Shown: positions 42,261 to 47,795 of the stretch, in pieces
Layout of the letters: the number at the start of each line of letters is the position of its first letter
Position numbering within the stretch: position 1 is the stretch's first letter
NCBI GenBank assembly: GCA_011039385.1
Contig: DRBO01000022.1
Location: forward strand, 1 to 47,795
DNA length: 47,795 nucleotides
Direction: 5' to 3'
From: Chloroflexota bacterium
GTDB lineage: Bacteria; Chloroflexota; Anaerolineae; Anaerolineales; UBA11858
Translations under genes and position numbers: made by a program
Notes under the pieces: model-generated
What the model was told of the DNA's origin: nothing
The model's input: the letters and a program-made list of their open reading frames with translations, nothing else
The model's database searches: none

Positions 42261-44396
42261 CTAGACTGTCTGGAGCAGTCGGATCATTTGATCCGGGTCT
42301 GTGGTTGGTTGGGAGCACCGGAAATCCCGGCACACATAAGCGGTCGCTTTTCCATCCAGGGAGGTTTGTTCTTTGAGTATGGGAATCAGATCGAGCAAGA
42401 CCTCATCCGGGTGGTCAGGGCGAAGGAGCACTGCTTTAGAAGGGAAATAGTGTGATTGCAGCCTGCGGATCATTTCTTGGGTATCAGGGTCCTCTGGGTT
42501 CCCGGATATCACCACCTGACAGGGTGGGCTCTCCCCTGCCAGCAAGCCGACCATCAGCTGGGTATGACCCAGGGGGATTTGATTGACCTGAGCAGAAAAA
42601 GCTTCCCGGATTGAGAGAGCCATATCTTCGAATTCCGGTCTGGCAAGCATGCGTCCCAACCAGATCAGGATATTATGAGCGACCGAATTTCCGGAGGGAA
42701 TAGCGCCATCATAGATTTCCTTGCGGCGTTGGATAAGATCGGATTGGCCCCTGGCAGTGAAGAAAAATCCCCCATTTTCCTGATCCCAAAAATCATCTAC
42801 CATGATCTCTGTCAGGTCGAGGGCCCTTTCCAGATGCCCGGTCTGAAAATCAGCCTGATGCAGTTCCAGCAATCCCCAAATCAGAAAAGCATAGTCATCC
42901 AGGTGGGCTGGTAGCCCGGCTTCTCCATCCCGGTAGCGTTTGAGCAGTTTTCCGTTTTCATCCCGTAGATGGGTCCAGATGAAATCGGCTGCCCTACTGG
43001 CCGCCTGGATATAAGCGCTTTCCCCAAGTCCTGCACCAGCTTTCGCCAGCGCTGCAATCATCAAGCCATTCCAATCCGTTAATATTTTATCGTCCTTAAG
43101 GGGGTGTTCCCGTCTTTCCCGGATAGCGAAAAGCTGTGCCCGGAGGTCTTCCCATAACCGTGCCAGCCCTTCCGGCTGGAAATTGACTTCGCCTGCCAGC
43201 TTTTCCAGGGGATCGCTCAAATACAGCAAATTCCTTCCTGTCAGGCTGCGCGTGGCTTCATCTGCATAATTCCCTTCTTCCTGGAAATTAAACAGGGAGG
43301 AAAAAAGCTGATCTGCTTCTGGACCGAGGTGTTCCTGGAATTCATCCTTGGTCCAGAGATAAAACAAGCCCTCCTCCCCTTCGCTGTCCGCATCCTCAGC
43401 AGAATAAAAACCTCCTCCTGGAGCGGTCATATCCCGCAGGACGTAAGTAAGCACTTCACGGACAACCCGGGCATACTCTTCCTTTCTTGTGGCAAGAAAG
43501 CCTTCCATATAAGCCATCGTAAGCATGGCCTGATCGTAAAGCATTTTTTCAAAGTGGGGAAGACGCCAGGCAGCGTCCGTAGAATAGCGATGGAAACCGT
43601 AGCCAATCTGATCGAAAATTCCACCCAGGCGCATTTTCCGGAGTGTTTTTTCAACCATCTCTAAAGCTTGCCTATCACCTGTCTGCTGCCAATAGCGGGT
43701 TAAAAACAACAGATTATGAGGAGAGGGAAATTTCGGTGCCGTCCCAAACCCTCCCTGGACAGGATCAAAGCGCCCGCTCAGCTGGTCAAACGCCTGGCGG
43801 ACGACATCCGGATCCATTTCTCCCCGGGGTTTCTGAGTAGTTTCCTGCAAATGCCTGGTGATCATCTCAGCGCTTCCCAGCAGCTCATCCCTTTTCTTCT
43901 GCCATAAATCCGCCACTTTGGGGATCAATTCCATCAAACCCGTTCTGCCGGAGCGGCCTTCAGGGGGGAGATAAGTCCCTGCAAAAAAGGGCTTCTTGTC
44001 CGGCGCCAGGAGAACTGTCAGCGGCCAGCCTCCCGTACCAGTGACAGCCTGGCAAACTGCCATGTAGATCTGGTCGATATCCGGGCGCTCCTCCCGATCC
44101 ACTTTAATCGGGATAAAGTGCTTGTTGATCAGGTTCGCCACCACCGGGTTTTCAAAGGATTCTCTCTCCATAACATGGCACCAGTGACAGGTGGCATAAC
44201 CAATGGAAAGGAAAACAGGTTTGTCCTCTTGCTGAGCTTGCTGAAATGCGTCCTCTCCCCAGGGATACCAATCCACAGGGTTGGCAGCGTGCTGCAGAAG
44301 ATAAGGGGATTTCTCAAATATCAGCCGGTTGTATTTTTCCCCGCCATGGGGGGGGAGGTGGTTGATTTCCTCTATGGGGGGCAAATTCAGCTGCAT
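42261..44396 (-). CDS. thioredoxin-domain protein, DUF255/YyaL family (N-terminal Trx-like + six-hairpin glycosidase-like domain)
   Basis: 711 aa. [16 protein letters not shown]...[23 protein letters not shown] is the family signature. Confidence 0.85.
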   Translation of the reverse strand: MQLNLPPIEEINHLPPHGGEKYNRLIFEKSPYLLQHAANPVDWYPWGEDAFQQAQQEDKPVFLSIGYATCHWCHVMERESFENPVVANLINKHFIPIKVDREERPDIDQIYMAVCQAVTGTGGWPLTVLLAPDKKPFFAGTYLPPEGRSGRTGLMELIPKVADLWQKKRDELLGSAEMITRHLQETTQKPRGEMDPDVVRQAFDQLSGRFDPVQGGFGTAPKFPSPHNLLFLTRYWQQTGDRQALEMVEKTLRKMRLGGIFDQIGYGFHRYSTDAAWRLPHFEKMLYDQAMLTMAYMEGFLATRKEEYARVVREVLTYVLRDMTAPGGGFYSAEDADSEGEEGLFYLWTKDEFQEHLGPEADQLFSSLFNFQEEGNYADEATRSLTGRNLLYLSDPLEKLAGEVNFQPEGLARLWEDLRAQLFAIRERREHPLKDDKILTDWNGLMIAALAKAGAGLGESAYIQAASRAADFIWTHLRDENGKLLKRYRDGEAGLPAHLDDYAFLIWGLLELHQADFQTGHLERALDLTEIMVDDFWDQENGGFFFTARGQSDLIQRRKEIYDGAIPSGNSVAHNILIWLGRMLARPEFEDMALSIREAFSAQVNQIPLGHTQLMVGLLAGESPPCQVVISGNPEDPDTQEMIRRLQSHYFPSKAVLLRPDHPDEVLLDLIPILKEQTSLDGKATAYVCRDFRCSQPTTDPDQMIRLLQTV

Positions 44397-44449
44397 GGGC
44401 AGAACCTCTTTTTGAAATGATTAAATTAGCCCACTGGACAGCAGTTTTG

Positions 44450-45211
44450 TCAGGACAGGGATTCCAATCCATGAGCGAGCAGCAAATCCTCATCTTTTAG
44501 AAGCAGCTGGGTTTGGCCATCAGCCACAATCTTTCCCTCATCCATGATGACCATGCGCGGGAACAGATCAGCTACCATCCGCAGGTCATGCGTGGAAACC
44601 AGCATGGTAATCGGCAGATCCCGCAGGAAATTTATCAGCGAGCGCCTGGCCCGGGGATCCAATCCCGCGGTAGGTTCATCCAGCACCAGGATCTGGGGAT
44701 GCATGGCGAGCACCGTGGCGATGGAGATCCTTTTCTTTTGGCCCATGGATAAATGGTGGGACAGCCGGCTTCCAAAATTATCCATCCCCACTGCCGCAAG
44801 GGCTTCTTCCACGCGCAACCGGACTTCTTCCTCAGGCAATCCCATATGCAGGGGGCCAAAAGCTACATCCTCGAAAACAGTGGGCGAAAAAAGCTGATCA
44901 TCTGGATTCTGGAAAACCAGCCCTACCAGGGCTCGAATCAGCGGCAGATTTCCCTTCTCCAGCTTAAGACCAGCAATGGTGATCGGGGTGTCCTCTCCCA
45001 GTATCCCGTTCAAATGCAGCATTAAGGTGGATTTTCCCGCTCCATTCGGGCCAACCAGGGCAATTTTCTCTCCCTCGCAAATAGACAGGTTGATGCCCCG
45101 CAGGGCTTGATGTCCATCCGGGTAGGCAAAATGCAGATCCTGGATCTGCAGCAGATCCCCTTCACACTCAGGAATGATCAATTCAAAGGGAGTTTTATGT
45201 TTAACTGGCAT
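44450..45211 (-). CDS. ECF transporter ATPase (CbiO/NikO type)
   Basis: Walker A (GPNGAGKST), signature (LSMGQKKR) and Walker B (ILVLDEPTAGLD). The likely start ATG 45211 overlaps the cbiQ stop by 1 nt (TAATG). An alternative start is ATG 45223. Confidence 0.85.
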   Translation of the reverse strand: MPVKHKTPFELIIPECEGDLLQIQDLHFAYPDGHQALRGINLSICEGEKIALVGPNGAGKSTLMLHLNGILGEDTPITIAGLKLEKGNLPLIRALVGLVFQNPDDQLFSPTVFEDVAFGPLHMGLPEEEVRLRVEEALAAVGMDNFGSRLSHHLSMGQKKRISIATVLAMHPQILVLDEPTAGLDPRARRSLINFLRDLPITMLVSTHDLRMVADLFPRMVIMDEGKIVADGQTQLLLKDEDLLLAHGLESLS

Positions 45212-46014
45212 TAGAGAATCCATCCTACGAGTTGAATCAAGATCAGCATCCCGGCGGAAATCCCCAGCACCAGCCAATCCTGGCTCTTGACCTGGTGAGG
45301 GTTCAAAGTCCGGATATGACCGGTATACCCACGGGAGATCATGGCCTGGTAAATACGGTCGGAGCGTTCATAACTGCGGGTGAAGAGCTGCCCGACCATG
45401 CTGCCTGTCGTTTTGATCCGCCAACCCAAATTTCCACCTCCACGGACATTGGGCAAACGGGCGCTGCGGGATTTTCGAGCCCGCTGGATCCGGTGAACCT
45501 CATTGGTGAGTACAAACAGGTAGCGGAATAAAAAGGCAATGATGGTGGTCAGCGTCCGGGGCAGGCGCAGATGCTCCAGGGCATGAATTAGATCAGGGAA
45601 TTGCGTGGTTGCCACCAGCAGAATTGCGATCTGGACCGACAGCCAGGATCGGAGCATGATGCTGGCAAATCGGATCAAGCCGGCATCCGTAGGAACCAGG
45701 ATCATAAAACCCAGATCCCAATCTGCCAGCGGTTCTCCCAGGGGGGAGAAGATCGCACTCACAGCGACCAGGGCAAATGGCAGGGCTATCAAAGAGCGCT
45801 TCAAAGTAAAACCCAGTCCCAGATTTGACAGGTCGTTCCCCAGCAGGAGAAACAACCAGGCCAGCGCCAGGGCAAGCCAGCTGCCATCAGGCAGAATGGC
45901 GTTGGACAAAATAAAGGCTACCGTAATAACCACTTTCACGCGAGGATCAAGCGAGTGCACTCTGCTTTCTGAGAAATGGAATTGATCAAAAACATCAACG
46001 TGCATAAAAGGCAA
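45211..46014 (-). CDS. ECF transporter transmembrane T component (CbiQ/NikQ type)
   Basis: 267 aa and multi-TM, with LDPRVKV and ARxxR-like motifs (QRARKSRSARL). The start is TTG 46014 or ATG 46005. Confidence 0.8.
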   Translation of the reverse strand: MPFMHVDVFDQFHFSESRVHSLDPRVKVVITVAFILSNAILPDGSWLALALAWLFLLLGNDLSNLGLGFTLKRSLIALPFALVAVSAIFSPLGEPLADWDLGFMILVPTDAGLIRFASIMLRSWLSVQIAILLVATTQFPDLIHALEHLRLPRTLTTIIAFLFRYLFVLTNEVHRIQRARKSRSARLPNVRGGGNLGWRIKTTGSMVGQLFTRSYERSDRIYQAMISRGYTGHIRTLNPHQVKSQDWLVLGISAGMLILIQLVGWIL

Positions 46015-46090
46015 CCTTCAAACAACTGAGTTTATCCATCCAATCCATCCTTCTGAATGCGGCAGTCAGGTTCAATCAAAGTATCCCCGG

Positions 46091-47032
46091 CTAGACCTCC
46101 GTCCGCCTGCGCAGGTTTCTACCCACCAGGATCAAGAGGCCCATCAAGATCACTGCACCGACCACGCCAGCCAGAATGGTTGAAACAGCCGTTTCCCCGA
46201 GAAAGGGAATCGTGTAATCAGGCAGGATCTGGTAAGGCGCATCCTGACCGCTGCCCAGGAAGCCCAGGTTTTCAGCCACACGCTCCAGTCCATCGGGACT
46301 GCCGGAGGCGAGCGGAGAGATCAGCACAGCCGCCAGGGTTACCAGGACACTTCCCACAATCCATCCCCTACCTCCTTCCCGGGTAGTTTTTTCCGCGTTA
46401 AGCAGGTCTGGGCGAGTTTGTTCAATGTAGGCCAGAGCGGCAACCGTGATCAACCCTTCACCGACGCCAATCAGGGCGTGAACGCCCAGCATGGCCGGCA
46501 GAACAATTTCCAGCCTGGTAGTCCCACTCAGCCAGAGCTGGAGCGAAGCGGCCAGGGCTGCGGCCATGGTGGCAATCCAGGCTCCTCCCCCTGCAACTAC
46601 AAGCCGAACACCACGCTTCTGGTGTACCACAAGCCGGTACAGACCAAAACCAATCACGGCGGTTAGGATCCCCATGTTAAAGATATTGGCACCCATCACC
46701 AGCAGGCCGCCATCCTGGAACAGCAAACCCTGAACACCCACAACCGCGGTCATCACCAGGATGCCGGCCCAGGGACCCAGCACGATCGCAGCCAGTGCTC
46801 CCCCTAGAAAATGGCCGGATGTTCCGCCGGCAATAGGGAAGTTGAGCATCTGGGCAGCAAAAATGAAAGCCGCCATCACACCCATCAACGGGACCTGCTT
46901 CTCACCCAGGCTCTTGTTGGTCTTTGAGACTGCCAGCCCAACCATTACGATGGTGATCAGCCAGAATATCAAGGAAACAATAATCGTTAAGAAACCATCA
47001 GGGATATGAAGATTTGTTGGTGCGTACAACAT
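46091..47032 (-). CDS. ECF metal (Ni/Co) substrate-capture component: CbiM/NikM fused to a PDGLE (CbiN/NikN-like) domain
   Basis: 313 aa. LHIPDGFL near the N-terminus and 6-7 TM, followed by SPDGLERVAENLGF and a terminal TM. Confidence 0.85.
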   Translation of the reverse strand: MLYAPTNLHIPDGFLTIIVSLIFWLITIVMVGLAVSKTNKSLGEKQVPLMGVMAAFIFAAQMLNFPIAGGTSGHFLGGALAAIVLGPWAGILVMTAVVGVQGLLFQDGGLLVMGANIFNMGILTAVIGFGLYRLVVHQKRGVRLVVAGGGAWIATMAAALAASLQLWLSGTTRLEIVLPAMLGVHALIGVGEGLITVAALAYIEQTRPDLLNAEKTTREGGRGWIVGSVLVTLAAVLISPLASGSPDGLERVAENLGFLGSGQDAPYQILPDYTIPFLGETAVSTILAGVVGAVILMGLLILVGRNLRRRTEV

Positions 47033-47053
47033 GATACTCTCCTCCTATAAGAA

Positions 47054-47096
47054 TGTTCGGAATGGCATGATCTTACTGATCCTGACATTCCGAACA
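47054..47096 (-). promoter_or_regulatory. 11-bp perfect inverted repeat spanning the fur-family stop codon, just upstream of the nikMN RBS
   Basis: TGTTCGGAATG (47054-47064) and CATTCCGAACA (47086-47096), 21 nt apart. On the mRNA the stem is followed by UUCUUAUAGGAGGAG and the ATG. Confidence 0.5.
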
Positions 47097-47498
47097 AACA
47101 CCAAAGATTGAAAAATGATCCAGATTCGGGTCGAAACCATACTTCTCACGCAGCTTATTTCCCAGCGTGCTTAACACCCCAATATCCGCGTCAATCACCT
47201 GATTGCACTTGCGACAAACCAGGTGGACGTGGGGGCCATGCAGCAAAGTTGCATAGACCGTTTTTCCCTCACTTAAATCGTTCCGGCAGGCAAATCCTTC
47301 CTGCCACAGCCAATCAAGCGTGCGGTAGATCGTAGCGATATTGATCGCGTGCGTGTGTTCCTGAAGATGAACTGCTATCTCTTCCGCAGTGATATGCTTT
47401 GGGCTGTGGGCAATGGCCCCAATGATCATTTCCCGCTGGGGAGTGATCCTGTAGCCCCTCTTGCGCAGCTCGGCAATAATCGTATCGCTATGTGACAT
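47073..47498 (-). CDS. Fur-family metal-responsive transcriptional repressor
   Basis: 141 aa with an N-terminal wHTH (ITPQREMIIGAI...ITAEEI...ATIYRTLDWL), HVHLVCRKC and C-terminal CSEC. Confidence 0.85.
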   Translation of the reverse strand: MSHSDTIIAELRKRGYRITPQREMIIGAIAHSPKHITAEEIAVHLQEHTHAINIATIYRTLDWLWQEGFACRNDLSEGKTVYATLLHGPHVHLVCRKCNQVIDADIGVLSTLGNKLREKYGFDPNLDHFSIFGVCSECQDQ

Positions 47499-47626
47499 AG
47501 ACTGTCCTGTTGCGAATACTTGTAATAACTAATATTATATTTTGATTAATAGGAAGTGTCAATTGGAAATCCAGTAAAAACCCCCTGTTCTCGAGAGGCT
47601 GATCCAACCTAAAGAAACCAAACCCA

Positions 47627-47795
47627 TCAGCCTGTAGAGTCAGACAGAAGGATGATCTCTCCCTGGTGGAATATTGGGCCAATCTGCAAATTCAAGGAAG
47701 GATGGGCGAATAATCCGGGTGGCACACCGATATCCGCCAGATAGAGCTCCCCCACTATATCTTCCGGGGCCTCCTGAAATCCAGTCTTGGGCAGC
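47627..47795 (-). CDS. C-terminal fragment of a gene entering from the right edge; possibly a YjeF_N-type NAD(P)H-hydrate epimerase
   Basis: Reverse frame reads LPKTGFQEAPEDIVGELYLADIGVPPGLFAHPSLNLQIGPIFHQGEIILLSDSTG, then a stop at 47629-47627. The xDIGxP motif close to a C-terminus is reminiscent of YjeF_N. The ORF is too short for the ORF track. Confidence 0.4.
   Translation of the reverse strand, partial: LPKTGFQEAPEDIVGELYLADIGVPPGLFAHPSLNLQIGPIFHQGEIILLSDSTG

Noticed and set aside
47033-47626. Cobalamin or other riboswitch in front of the cbiM/nikM-type transporter
   Set aside because: Only about 40 nt separate the transporter from the fur-family gene, and the region upstream of fur is about 125 nt of AT-rich DNA. 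That is too short for a B12 aptamer. It does contain a small TAATATTA palindrome (47530-47537), which may be a Fur-type box, but that is too weak to call.
47488-47682. 64-aa minus-strand ORF upstream of the fur-family gene
   Set aside because: It overlaps the AT-rich promoter region and, in another frame, the more convincing C-terminal fragment at 47627-47795. It has no SD or motif.
1-47795. CRISPR arrays, tRNA/rRNA genes, transposases, integrases, prophage or toxin-antitoxin/defence cassettes
   Set aside because: There are no regularly spaced direct repeats, and no intergenic region is long enough or structured like a tRNA. No ORF carries DDE/tyrosine-recombinase, nuclease-helicase or capsid-like motifs. 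The window reads as core or accessory metabolic chromosome.

Overview
A 47.8-kb chromosomal segment of moderate GC, gene-dense and mostly on the minus strand. It resembles a Chloroflexota/Anaerolineae-type genome, but that is a low-confidence guess from protein style only. I found no rRNA, tRNA, CRISPR array, transposase, integrase or phage genes.

Content in order:
- Partial response regulator.
- DUF58, transglutaminase and MoxR ATPase triad.
- A 1469-aa four-module fusion protein (ABC-2-like permease + OppB-like + OppC-like + extracytoplasmic PA/M28-like domain) and a 591-aa lipoprotein/membrane protein. Both sit as an attenuated tail of an Opp/Dpp-type peptide ABC operon (oppD-oppF-SBP-oppB-oppC, plus a second family-5 SBP).
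- rsgA, a PBP2-type transpeptidase and maf.
- A divergent FHA / PP2C / large membrane-protein module.
- GNAT, AmmeMemoRadiSam-type radical SAM enzyme and mobA.
- Fluoride riboswitch + crcB, where crcB is broken by a 1-nt shift in a T6 run.
- LarA-like protein, DUF4230, ACT protein, and a membrane protein + wHTH regulator pair.
- azlCD, a metallophosphoesterase and a secreted orphan.
- cfa translationally coupled to an FAD oxidoreductase.
- HAD-like protein and a DUF255 thioredoxin-domain protein.
- Fur-family regulator + NikMN/CbiMN-Q-O ECF metal transporter, then a partial gene at the right edge.

The best candidate for something undescribed is the giant permease/pseudo-peptidase fusion with its partner lipoprotein.

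Several start codons were re-called from 4-nt or 1-nt stop/start overlaps (ATGA, TTGA, TAATG) and from Shine-Dalgarno spacing. All protein family calls come from motif recognition by eye, not database searches.
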